Source: a virus
Taxonomy: Duplodnaviria; Caudoviricetes
Virus record (IMG/VR): IMGVR_UViG_3300008120_000119
Span: 1-56,468 of that record
Reading direction: 5' to 3' (one strand)
Length of the DNA: 56,468 nucleotides
The notes under the pieces were generated by a model. That model was not told where the DNA came from. It did no database searches and was given only the letters and a program-made list of their open reading frames with translations. Shown here piece after piece: positions 44,301 to 52,901 of the stretch. Made by a program: the position numbers and the translations under genes. The first letter of the stretch is position 1; the number at the start of each line of letters is the position of its first letter.

Positions 44301-45945
44301 TGGAGCTATCCGCTTAACTGGTAGTGGAGTGGTTTGGAACACTAGCAGTGGAGGTGGGGTAATTGCATCGGGAACGAACAGATTTGTTGAGCCAAATTTA
44401 AATAGCAATCAAACATTGACGTTTGGAACATTGATAGAAGCCAATACCTTTGACGTCAACGTTCCGACAACCGCATCTAACAATACTTTGACCATTTCTA
44501 CCGGCAATAGTGTTAGAAGTTTGACGTTTGCCAATGTGGCTTATACGGTAGCAAACACCGCTCTGAATATTTACGGCAATTTGACGGTCCTGGGAACAAC
44601 GCCCGTATTTACGGCTGGTTCAAATACGTGGACATTTTTAGCAAGCTCCGGCACGCAGACAATTACATCCGGCGGAGAGACTTTTGACTTCCCAATGACA
44701 TGTAATGTCACCGGTACGCTTGCCCTGGGAGACAACGTTACGATTGGCTCTTCCCGCTCGTTTACGCATACCGCCGGGACCGTTAGCCTCGGGACTAGAA
44801 CGTTGTCTACGGGTTTTTATACAACCAGCAACAGCAATGCGAGAACTATTAGCTTCGGAACGGGTGGACAGATTTCTTTGACTGGTACGGGAACCGTTTG
44901 GAACTCTACAACCAGTACGAACCTGACTTCTACCGGCACAACCAAAACGATTGCCCCGCAGCTTCCAGCGGCACAGACATTAAACTTTGGTGCTCTTTCT
45001 GAGGCGAATGCTTTTGATATCAGCGTGCCGGCTACTGCGGGTAACTTCACGCTCTCAACAACTACGAACGACGGTGTCCGTAATCTCACGTTTGCAAACG
45101 CTACTTATACCGTCAGCTTTAGCCCAATTACAGTGTATGGAAGCTTCACTGTTGCTGGAACGTCTCCGACTTTTACAAGTACGGCCAGCACAGTAACGTT
45201 TGCCGCTACATCTGGATCGCACTCAATTACTACTAATGGAGAAGTGCTCGATTTCCCGATAACAATTGCGGCCCCTGGAGCTACCTACACGGCCGGTAGT
45301 GCGTTGACCATGGGGAGTACCCGAAATTTTCAACTCAGCTCCGGAACGTTTAACACGGGAAACTTCAGCATATCTACCGGCACCTTTTCCTCGCCCCCGT
45401 CTGCTACCAGAGTTTTGACTCTTGGAAGCTCAACGTGGACCATTCTGGGAGCGGGAGCAAATGCGTGGGACGTTACTACCGCGACTGGTCTGACGTTGAA
45501 TCGCGGAACGTCAAAAATTTCCATGAGTTCCGCATCCAGCAAAACATTTATTGGCGGCGGTCTAACATATGGAATTCTTGAACAAGCTGGAGCTGGAACG
45601 CTAGTGATTACCGGCAGCAATACGTTTGCGGATCTTCAGCGTTCTGTTGCAAGCATCAATACTATTTCAATGCCGGGTGGCGTCACAACTTTTTTTGAAA
45701 ACTTTACATTGACTGGAGTTTCTGCTGCCGCTAGAACAACATTAAATACTGTTTCCGGCATCAGTACCATTTCCAGATCTAGCGGCACGGTCAGCGTTGA
45801 TTTTTTACAAATTTCAAACTCGACTGCAACTGGCGGTGCTGCGTGGTACGCGGGAACGGGATCTCAGAACGTCGCAAATAATACGGGCTGGATTTTCACC
45901 GCTCCCCCGCAGGCAAGCGGCAACATGCTGATGGTGTTCATGTAA
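41380..45945 (+). CDS. Large beta-helix/adhesin-like virion protein (1521 aa)
   Basis: MADRYWVGGTGTW...WS...GASVPTAADNVFF start; repeated T.TSNG.TF modules; ends NNTGWIF...GNMLMVFM. Confidence 0.75.
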   Translation: MADRYWVGGTGTWNTTNTTNWSATNGGGGGASVPTAADNVFFTSSSGGGTCTNSGTNNCLSLNMTGYTGTFAGSGIINISGNLTLSASGSLTYIGSFDMAGSAVTSTVNTNGKTIPGNLRSNKTNNVVRMDSAATVSGQVSINSAGFNLNGFTVTTPYFNYQGNSLTWGSPAGKVVCSRSTTGLTLGVGGTNIAAGGRLEVLSPPAGITAQVGGQAPTNVNIGDHADLYLINSGTGTIDVTNAFNILEVGAGSYSVTNAPYIRRSMTVDPGYTGTFSASIILEAIDTLGTDLNPNGKTFGGDFTVLTRPITSLGLAPIRVNQSATFTGTSQGFRYFGGTFSITNNSTLTVNNFSVDPRPTANNSSINFPGTSKIRCTGTTGNVVNVVFAYYVRCTAILNNNPIEVVAPPSGNTINVRVNQGEDGTTGRTKCFGIRIVAGGTGTVSFSHPEISSGPINLKDLIAENGAYTLTLSGVSEFYISRNLTYGGTLIANLVTSYWFNSNNATVQEVNLNGAGGFTMYLVNNVNGPVRLTSNAGSAGQGTHLPNQIGQLYFGNPNIGAGAGWIELQSFSLMVRTGLQSVAGANDTNINFGTGKIICYSESTNAVSFGWYNDATSGTISGSRNVELLPFGNLADNYTRNLVINSVPVAGKEINVRCVNTGSTGRVLVSLIQGTLTLESGVYTYGIGSSSTEMYGNINLLGSILFDASFFFNAPSAAFTSTITSNGNTFNTTFSLNGSGHTTVLADAMICRTINHIQGTLNLNNRSLTITTSFSTSGTSARTLAFGTGSITINQNASFTNATSTNLTMTGTSRQIFATVGASGCTITTDSSLASTNAIDITTLVVGSGGTVTTGGVVRNLTLNGGTYTFTRDADYYIYGDLTMNGAVTTFSGGTSSLRFQAASGTQIISTNGNTFGGTGTVVMNTSGVTYQLNSNSTFASGLSFSNGTLNLNNFRLQVSSFDAPSGTVNFQSSGAIRLTGSGVVWNTSSGGGVIASGTNRFVEPNLNSNQTLTFGTLIEANTFDVNVPTTASNNTLTISTGNSVRSLTFANVAYTVANTALNIYGNLTVLGTTPVFTAGSNTWTFLASSGTQTITSGGETFDFPMTCNVTGTLALGDNVTIGSSRSFTHTAGTVSLGTRTLSTGFYTTSNSNARTISFGTGGQISLTGTGTVWNSTTSTNLTSTGTTKTIAPQLPAAQTLNFGALSEANAFDISVPATAGNFTLSTTTNDGVRNLTFANATYTVSFSPITVYGSFTVAGTSPTFTSTASTVTFAATSGSHSITTNGEVLDFPITIAAPGATYTAGSALTMGSTRNFQLSSGTFNTGNFSISTGTFSSPPSATRVLTLGSSTWTILGAGANAWDVTTATGLTLNRGTSKISMSSASSKTFIGGGLTYGILEQAGAGTLVITGSNTFADLQRSVASINTISMPGGVTTFFENFTLTGVSAAARTTLNTVSGISTISRSSGTVSVDFLQISNSTATGGAAWYAGTGSQNVANNTGWIFTAPPQASGNMLMVFM

Positions 45946-45947
45946 GT

Positions 45948-46415
45948 ATGCTTCTTGAGCTCGCCGCTGCTAATGCGGCCTTTGCAGTTATTAAAGAGGC
46001 CATCAATAACAGCGGGGAGATCATCCAGGCTGGCAAGGCGGTATTTGAGTATTTTGATAACAAGGCAAAGATTCAAGAGAAGGTAATAGCAACACCGGAT
46101 CACAAGCGCAACGACCTAGAAGAATTCTTTGCGCTGGAGCAGTTAAAGAAGCAAGAGCAGGAACTGCGAGAGATGTTTATTTACCAGGGTAGACCTGGGC
46201 TGTGGGATGACTGGCAGTCGTTTCAGGTGAAGGCAAGACAGCGCAGGGAAGCAGAGGCCAGGGAACAATTGAAGCGTGAGCATGAAAAGAAGGCTCGTCG
46301 TGCAAGGCTGATGGAACAGATCCTCTTGGGGTTCTGGCTTTTTGTATCTGGTTCGATATTTGTGGGGTTGATGATTGGTGCGCTCTGGCTATACATGCTA
46401 AAGGACCGAGGATGA
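45948..46415 (+). CDS. Coiled-coil protein with C-terminal transmembrane helix
   Basis: ELAAANAAFAVIK...GRPGLW.DW..FQ; hydrophobic C-terminus. Confidence 0.65.
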   Translation: MLLELAAANAAFAVIKEAINNSGEIIQAGKAVFEYFDNKAKIQEKVIATPDHKRNDLEEFFALEQLKKQEQELREMFIYQGRPGLWDDWQSFQVKARQRREAEAREQLKREHEKKARRARLMEQILLGFWLFVSGSIFVGLMIGALWLYMLKDRG

Positions 46416-46645
46416 AATACACCGCAGAAGAAATTCAAACGATGGTCTGGGCCGCTGTAGTTATCGGCGTGCTGTCGTTGCTGGTTATCTCTACTCTTGG
46501 CATCATCTTGAGTGTTTTGTTTGTCGATCATGACCTGACGCAGATGGCCCCCATAGACCAGAAGTTTCTTGAGATTCTGAAAGAGATCATGCTCGTGGCG
46601 ATCGGTGTAATTTCTGGCGTTGCCAGTACGAAGATAGGAAAGTAA
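46412..46645 (+). CDS. Two-TM membrane protein (lysis cassette)
   Basis: Two hydrophobic helices, 77 aa. Confidence 0.6.
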   Translation: MKYTAEEIQTMVWAAVVIGVLSLLVISTLGIILSVLFVDHDLTQMAPIDQKFLEILKEIMLVAIGVISGVASTKIGK

Positions 46646-47047
46646 ATGCCACATCCCCTTGCTGCTTTGCTGTCGATCGGTGAGAAAGTCATCGACAGAG
46701 TATTGCCAAGCCCGGAGGCTAAGGCTCAGGCAATGCTTGAGCTGAAGAAGCTTGAGAAAGACGGCAGGCTCGACGAGCTCCAGGCCGATATGAATGAGCA
46801 GGACAACCTCACGGAGCGGGCTAAGGCTGACATGGCCTCCGACTCCTGGCTGTCGAAGAACATCCGCCCCATGACCCTGATCTTCATTCTCGTGGTCTAC
46901 ACCGTGTTTGCCATGATGTCTGCCTACGGGTACAACGCCAACGAGTCCTACGTCACCCTGCTGGGCCAGTGGGGCATGTTGATCATGAGTTTCTACTTTG
47001 GCGGCCGGACTCTTGAGAAGATCCTGGCCATGAAGGGGCAGAAATGA
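46646..47047 (+). CDS. Holin (GTA 3TM-holin-like)
   Basis: DSWLSKNIRP...FYFGGRTLEK. Confidence 0.8.
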   Translation: MPHPLAALLSIGEKVIDRVLPSPEAKAQAMLELKKLEKDGRLDELQADMNEQDNLTERAKADMASDSWLSKNIRPMTLIFILVVYTVFAMMSAYGYNANESYVTLLGQWGMLIMSFYFGGRTLEKILAMKGQK

Positions 47048-47511
47048 CTCAACTAACCAAGAACTTCAGTCTGGCCGAGATGGTGAAGTCGGAGACGGCT
47101 TTGCGTAGAGGCATGGACAACACCCCTGGGGAGACCGAGATTGGCAACCTTAGAGTTCTATGTGAAAGAGTGCTCCAGCCCGTCCGGGACCATTTTGCTA
47201 AGGGCGTTAAGGTCAACTCCGGATACCGGGCACCCGAGGTCAATGCCGCAGTGGGAGGGTCAAAGACCAGTGATCACTGTCGGGGGCAGGCTGCCGACAT
47301 TGAAATTCCAGGCGTGGCTAATGCAGAACTAGCGCAATGGATCGCGGACAACCTGGAATATACCCAGCTCATTCTTGAGTTTTATACCCCAGGCGTGCCT
47401 GATAGCGGCTGGGTGCATGTATCGTATGACCCCAAAGATTTGAAGAAGCAAAATCTGACAGCAACACGCAAAGACGGCAAGACCGTATACCTCCCAGGAC
47501 TCGTAGCGTAA
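47044..47511 (+). CDS. Endolysin, peptidase M15A-like
   Basis: LTKNFSL.E, NSGYR...N.AVGG..TSDH..G.AAD, WVHVSY. Confidence 0.9.
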   Translation: MTQLTKNFSLAEMVKSETALRRGMDNTPGETEIGNLRVLCERVLQPVRDHFAKGVKVNSGYRAPEVNAAVGGSKTSDHCRGQAADIEIPGVANAELAQWIADNLEYTQLILEFYTPGVPDSGWVHVSYDPKDLKKQNLTATRKDGKTVYLPGLVA

Positions 47512-47522
47512 AGGAGCGCAAA

Positions 47523-47744
47523 GTGGATTCCCAGGTTCTCATCAACGTTGGATTTGGTCTTGCAGGCGTCTTTGGCGGCTGGATTCTTAATTCCATTTCC
47601 AGATCAATCATCAAAATTGAGGATCGGTTATCTGAACTGCCCCTTATGTACGTCACGCGTGATGATTACCGCAGCGACATTACCGAGATCAAACAGATGC
47701 TCGGCAAGATATTTGACAAGCTGGACACCAAGGTTGACAAATGA
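47523..47744 (+). CDS. Small membrane-anchored protein
   Basis: N-terminal TM helix; YVTRDDY...IFDKLD.KVDK. Confidence 0.7.
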   Translation: MDSQVLINVGFGLAGVFGGWILNSISRSIIKIEDRLSELPLMYVTRDDYRSDITEIKQMLGKIFDKLDTKVDK

Positions 47745-48133
47745 GCTCCGCCACCAAGACCCAGCCCGAGAAATGGGAGCGCATTAAGGCGCAGGTGAAA
47801 GCTTCTGGGAAAGGCGGTTCACCGGGTCAATGGTCTGCCAGGAAGGCTCAGCTTGCCACCCAGAAGTACAAAGCCTCTGGCGGGGGTTACAAAGGCCCCA
47901 AAAAGGCGGATAATTCGCTCTCAAAGTGGACGAAGGAGGACTGGGGAACCAAGTCTGGAAAACCGTCCACGCAGGGCCCTAAAGCGACTGGCGAACGTTA
48001 TTTGCCAAAAGCGGCACGAGAGAAGCTCACCCCTTCTGAATACGCGGCAACCACCCGAGCCAAGCGTGAAGGAACAAAGGCCGGGAAGCAATTCGTACCC
48101 CAGCCCGAATCGATCAAGAAAAAGGTGTGGTGA
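47741..48133 (+). CDS. DUF5872-like basic protein
   Basis: GQWSARKAQL...YK..GGGY.G, LSKWTKEDW.TKSGKPS, GERYLP. Confidence 0.7.
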   Translation: MSSATKTQPEKWERIKAQVKASGKGGSPGQWSARKAQLATQKYKASGGGYKGPKKADNSLSKWTKEDWGTKSGKPSTQGPKATGERYLPKAAREKLTPSEYAATTRAKREGTKAGKQFVPQPESIKKKVW

Positions 48134-48771
48134 TGACCGTTGCCGCCGTAATGACCTATGACAGCTTGGTAGACGATCTTTCTACCTACCTGGAGCGGAC
48201 CGATCAGGCCACGCTCGATAAGATTCCCACCTTCATTATGCTGGCTGAGCAGGTCATCGCGACCGAGCTCAAGTTTCTTGGCAACCTGACGGTGGCCACC
48301 TCTCAGATGGTCCCCGGCCAAGCAACGATCGACAAGCCCGCTCGGTGGCGCAAAACCGTTTCGCTTAATGTGACGGTGGCCGGTAGCCGGCAGCCCGTGC
48401 TGTTGCGGAAGTACGAGTACCTTCGGGAGTTCTGGCCAAATCCGACAGAAACCGACACGCCGAAGTTTTATTGCGACTACGACTACACGCACTGGCTCGT
48501 GGCGCCTACGCCTGATATCGCTTACAACTACGAGGTTCTGTACTACGAGCGGGCACAGCCCCTGGACTCGTCGAATCAGAGCAACTGGTTTACCCAGTAC
48601 GCGCCCCAGGCAATGCTGTACGGATCTCTTTTGCAGGCCATGCCGTTCTTGAAGAACGACGAGCGCATTCCCATGTGGCAGGCCCAATATCAACAGGTCA
48701 TCACCACCTTGCAGGCCGAAGACATCACTCGGGTGGCTGACCGTCAGAGCATAGTAAGGGATGCATCATGA
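48133..48771 (+). CDS. Tail adaptor/tubular-like protein
   Basis: TYDSL...YLER.D...IPTFIMLAE, APTPD, NWFT.YAP..LYGSL..A.PFLKND.R. Confidence 0.7.
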   Translation: MTVAAVMTYDSLVDDLSTYLERTDQATLDKIPTFIMLAEQVIATELKFLGNLTVATSQMVPGQATIDKPARWRKTVSLNVTVAGSRQPVLLRKYEYLREFWPNPTETDTPKFYCDYDYTHWLVAPTPDIAYNYEVLYYERAQPLDSSNQSNWFTQYAPQAMLYGSLLQAMPFLKNDERIPMWQAQYQQVITTLQAEDITRVADRQSIVRDAS

Positions 48772-50009
48772 GCTTTATCAGCCCATTCACCGGCAACGTC
48801 ATTCAACCGACCGACGTCAGCTACCGCACCGTCACTCTAGCGGCCAATACCACCCTGGAGTGGCCGATCAATGGCAACGCCACGGATAACGTCGCGGCCA
48901 GGATCATGAACGTCACCGCCTCGTCTGGCGGCCTGACCCTGCGGGTACCGCCTGCGAACCAAGCTTCGGTTGGCGAAGATCTTCTTATCCGTAACGTGGG
49001 TGCTAACACCTTCACCCTGGCGGACTACGACGGCAATACGCTCGTCTCTATGACCGCGGGGCTGGCTCGGTACATCTACATCACAGCAAACACCACCACG
49101 GCCGGCACATGGTCCGTATTAGCCTTTGGTGCCGGGGCTTCTGCGATTGATTCCTCAAGCCTCGCAGGCAACGGTCTGAAGGCCATCGGCGCCACGCTGA
49201 ACTCAGCAATTAATGTGACTACCTTCGCGTCGAACTACACCGCGCTAGATACTGACCGAGCTGAGAACTACGTCTGGACCGGCGGGGCGGGAACCCTGAC
49301 GCTTTCTTCCTCTGCCACGCTGGGCAATGACTGGTTCATTGTGGTCCGAAATGGCGGTACCGGCACGCTCACGATTGCAACCACTGGCGGCGATCTAATC
49401 AACGGATCGTCGACTGTTGCTTTGCAACCGGCAGATAGCTGCTTCGTTACATGTTCGGGAGCTGCCTTCTACACGGTAGGCTTGGGCAAGTCGACGCAGT
49501 TCAACTTCACGCAATTAACCAAGGCGGTTACGACCGGGTCATACATTCTGACCGCGTCTGAGGCCTCCAACGTCATTCAGAAGTACACCGGCACGCTGTC
49601 GGGAAACGTAACTATTCAGCTCCCCCCGACGATTCAGGTCTACTACATTACCAATCAGACTGACGGCACGGGCTCTGGGTACACGATTACCTTTACCACG
49701 GGCATCGCAGGCACCAACACTGCCGTCGTGCCCCCCGGTGAGCAGGTTATCCTGCTGTGCGATTCCGCCAACCTATTCAATGCCTCGACGATTGCCGCGG
49801 GCGCTGTGACCCTTTCCCTGCCTAACGGTACGGTTTCCTCTCCCCCCTTAAACTTTGCGGCCGAAACCACCACCGGCATGTACCGACCAGGAAGCGGCCA
49901 GATTGGCTGGACTGTCTTGGGGAGCCTACGGATGCTGCTCAATGCTTCCGGTCTAGGTATCACCGGATCTGGCACCTTCTCGGGTGGCATTAGCGGCGGG
50001 ACGTTCTAA
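48768..50009 (+). CDS. Tail/baseplate-associated beta-rich protein
   Basis: 413 aa, Thr/Gly-rich; P.LNF..ETTTGMYRPG; ends GGISGGTF. Confidence 0.6.
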   Translation: MSFISPFTGNVIQPTDVSYRTVTLAANTTLEWPINGNATDNVAARIMNVTASSGGLTLRVPPANQASVGEDLLIRNVGANTFTLADYDGNTLVSMTAGLARYIYITANTTTAGTWSVLAFGAGASAIDSSSLAGNGLKAIGATLNSAINVTTFASNYTALDTDRAENYVWTGGAGTLTLSSSATLGNDWFIVVRNGGTGTLTIATTGGDLINGSSTVALQPADSCFVTCSGAAFYTVGLGKSTQFNFTQLTKAVTTGSYILTASEASNVIQKYTGTLSGNVTIQLPPTIQVYYITNQTDGTGSGYTITFTTGIAGTNTAVVPPGEQVILLCDSANLFNASTIAAGAVTLSLPNGTVSSPPLNFAAETTTGMYRPGSGQIGWTVLGSLRMLLNASGLGITGSGTFSGGISGGTF

Positions 50010-52234
50010 TGACCGAAAAGGTCTTTTCGATCGACACCCTACCTGGGGTGCAGCGGGACGGTACGGTCCTAGATCGTCAGTATTACACCGACGGTCGGTG
50101 GGTTCGTTTCCAACGCGGCCGCCCCCGCAAAATTGGCGGATTCCGGGTCATCTCTGACCAGATGCAGGGTCCGTCCCGCGGGATATGGGTCAACCCCTCA
50201 GACAACTTCAACTCGGTCTTTAGTGGGTACAACAATGGCCTGCAAGTCTTAACGATTGACGATAACGGGGTCGGATCGGGCATCACAGACTTCACCCTGT
50301 CTGATTTCACCCCCTCGGACCTCAACTTGTGGCAATTCGACGGGTTTTATGACGTTGCCGGGTCTGGGGTCCAGAGCCTGATTGCTCACCCAGGCCAAAA
50401 TCTGGCGGCCATCGACGCCACCGCCGACACTCCGGTATTGATTGGCAGCATCACTGGCAACACAATGAGCCAGATTGGGGTTTTTACCGATACGATCACA
50501 GCCACCGGCACCGCTACGGTCACTGTCGCAGTGGTTAATCCACTAATCGGAGTAGGCCAGACGGTCACAGGTTCGGGTATACCCGCAGGAACCGAGGTCA
50601 TTTCGGTCAATGGCACCTCGATTGGGCTGAATAACGCGGTCCCAGCCGGCACGATCTCCGCCACCTTTGACAATAACGTGCAGGTTTCTGGCGGCGTAGT
50701 CGTTCTGCACCCCTACATCTTTGTTTATGGCAACAACGGCCTGATTCGGAACTGCTCTGCCGGTAATGCTCAAGACTGGGTCTCGGCAGACGCCAACGAA
50801 AACAACGTGGCGAGCGGCAAGATCGTCAAGGGCCTGCCGGTTCGAGGTGGCTCTAACAGCCCTTCAGGCCTCTTCTGGAGCCTTGATAGCCTGATCCGTG
50901 TGTCCTACGCTCCGCAGTCCCTGGGAATCGCAGGAACGGCCGATTACGCAGCTCCAACCTTCTGGCGGTACGACATCATCTCCAGCCAGAGCTCGATCAT
51001 GTCGTCGCAGTCGGTCATCGAGTACGACGGTATCTACTACTGGTGCGGTGTAGACCGGTTCCTGCTCTATAACGGAACGGTCAAAGAGATTCCGAACTCG
51101 ATGAACCAGAACTACTTCTTTGACAACCTGAACTACACCCAGCGGCAGAAGGTCTGGGCTACAAAAGTTCCCCGGTTTGGCGAGATCTGGTGGTTCTACC
51201 CCCGCGGCGACTCCACCGAGTGCAATGACGCGATCATTTACAACGTCCGAGAGAATGTCTGGTACGACGCTGGGCTGGCCGCAGGCTCTCGCAGGACCGC
51301 CGGTTACTTTTCCCAGGTCTTTGCCTACCCAGTCGAGGCTGCATGGCCAGGAACCGTATCTGAGGTCATCGACAGCGGCACATACAGCCTGACCTCTGGT
51401 TCTCCGTTCCTGTATTCGGACACGTACAACGACTTGGTAGCCGTCAATCAGCTCGTAGTGGCCTCGGCTCTGCCTGCTAATACCCTGATTCAGGACATCA
51501 CGTCGAGCAACATTAAGACGCTGACGAACCTCGTTGGTGGGTCTCTGTACGTCGACAACACCTACAACAACGTGCCCCTTACCGGAGGGTCTGGATTCGG
51601 TGCGAAGGCCACCATCACCGTTACTGGTGGCGCTGTGGTCAGTGTGGTCGTGACTGACGTCGGAGCTGGTTATCAGATCGGTGACGTGCTGAGCGCATCT
51701 AACACCAACCTTGGCGGTGCAGGCTCCGGATTCTCAATTGACGTGAGCGCGATCTACGCCCAGACCATTCAATTGACCCAGAATGCCCTAGCCACAATTA
51801 CCGAGACCGTCACCTTCAGAACACGCCCGAATCTGATCAAGGTCTACCAGCACGAGATTGGTACGGATGAGATCGATGGCCAGAACGTGAACGCCATTCA
51901 GTCCTACTTCGAGACCAGCGATCTTGGTCTGGTGACCGGTGGGCCGTCGCAGCCTTCTATGGAAGGTCTGAATCGATGGCTGCGCCTGGAGCGGGTGGAA
52001 CCTGACTTCATCATGACCGGCAACATGAACCTATACGTTACAGGCCGCCCGTATGCTCAGGTCGAAGACAAGACTTCAGATCCTTATGTCTTCGCGCCGA
52101 ACACCAACAAGATCGACATGAAAGAGCAGCGGCGAGAGCTTCGGCTGAAGTTTGAGTCGAACGAGGCCGGTGGCAATTATCAAATGGGCCGCGTGCTGTT
52201 GAGCGCAACCTACGGTGACGTCAGGGGCTACTAA
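50009..52234 (+). CDS. Tail nozzle/stabilisation-like protein
   Basis: PGVQRDGT...DGRWVRFQRGRPRKIGG; FGEIWWFYP...IIYN..ENVWY; beta-propeller-like composition. Confidence 0.7.
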   Translation: MTEKVFSIDTLPGVQRDGTVLDRQYYTDGRWVRFQRGRPRKIGGFRVISDQMQGPSRGIWVNPSDNFNSVFSGYNNGLQVLTIDDNGVGSGITDFTLSDFTPSDLNLWQFDGFYDVAGSGVQSLIAHPGQNLAAIDATADTPVLIGSITGNTMSQIGVFTDTITATGTATVTVAVVNPLIGVGQTVTGSGIPAGTEVISVNGTSIGLNNAVPAGTISATFDNNVQVSGGVVVLHPYIFVYGNNGLIRNCSAGNAQDWVSADANENNVASGKIVKGLPVRGGSNSPSGLFWSLDSLIRVSYAPQSLGIAGTADYAAPTFWRYDIISSQSSIMSSQSVIEYDGIYYWCGVDRFLLYNGTVKEIPNSMNQNYFFDNLNYTQRQKVWATKVPRFGEIWWFYPRGDSTECNDAIIYNVRENVWYDAGLAAGSRRTAGYFSQVFAYPVEAAWPGTVSEVIDSGTYSLTSGSPFLYSDTYNDLVAVNQLVVASALPANTLIQDITSSNIKTLTNLVGGSLYVDNTYNNVPLTGGSGFGAKATITVTGGAVVSVVVTDVGAGYQIGDVLSASNTNLGGAGSGFSIDVSAIYAQTIQLTQNALATITETVTFRTRPNLIKVYQHEIGTDEIDGQNVNAIQSYFETSDLGLVTGGPSQPSMEGLNRWLRLERVEPDFIMTGNMNLYVTGRPYAQVEDKTSDPYVFAPNTNKIDMKEQRRELRLKFESNEAGGNYQMGRVLLSATYGDVRGY

Positions 52235-52500
52235 TGTCTACCGTATCGCCTCCACTCGTATACGATCCAAGATTCCATACGTTCGAGTCTTGGGCTTCGC
52301 TTATGTGCGAGCAGTACGCTTCTAACCAGCTTGCTATTCCTACGCCCCAGACGGACTGGAAAGAGTGGGGAGACGGACTAAAAGCAATCGACGTCTTCGT
52401 CAACGAAGCAATACCGAACACAGAAAATTTTGATAACTGGTTTGACTGGGCATCAGCCCTTCTGGCCGCGATCAACCCGACGGTGATACCAAATGGCTGA
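52234..52500 (+). CDS. Hypothetical Trp-rich virion protein
   Basis: DPR..TF..WA...W..W...F..W.DWA. Confidence 0.6.
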   Translation: MSTVSPPLVYDPRFHTFESWASLMCEQYASNQLAIPTPQTDWKEWGDGLKAIDVFVNEAIPNTENFDNWFDWASALLAAINPTVIPNG

Positions 52501-52900
52501 AGTCTCTGAAAACGAGTTGCAAGAAGTTCTGGATATCGTAACGGCGTTCTATAAAAAGCACGTCAAAAGCGACGAAGAGGTCAACGTTCTCTTGCAAAAG
52601 CTTAGCTCTATGGTGCAAGACCAGGGGACGAAGCTCGTGCATTTTGGGGGAACCGTGTTCTTGACCATGGTGCGTGACAAGGGCTTGATTGAGTTTCACC
52701 CCATGTATGCCGAATACGATCAAGATTCTCTCGCAAGAGAACTAGATCAATTTGTTGACTACGCAAAAAGCATAGGCGTCAAAACAATCTTCACTTATAC
52801 CAAGCCCAAAGACGAGTACGAAGACGTCATACAGGCTGCATCTCCCATGTTCGATATGTTTGAAAAAGATGGCAAGCGCATCTTTATAGTGGGGGTGTGA
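52493..52900 (+). CDS. Hypothetical protein, possibly degenerate GNAT-like
   Basis: AKSIGVKTIFTYT; sits before the ejection proteins, where podoviruses often carry a GNAT-like gene. Confidence 0.45.
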   Translation: MAEVSENELQEVLDIVTAFYKKHVKSDEEVNVLLQKLSSMVQDQGTKLVHFGGTVFLTMVRDKGLIEFHPMYAEYDQDSLARELDQFVDYAKSIGVKTIFTYTKPKDEYEDVIQAASPMFDMFEKDGKRIFIVGV

Positions 52901-52901
52901 C

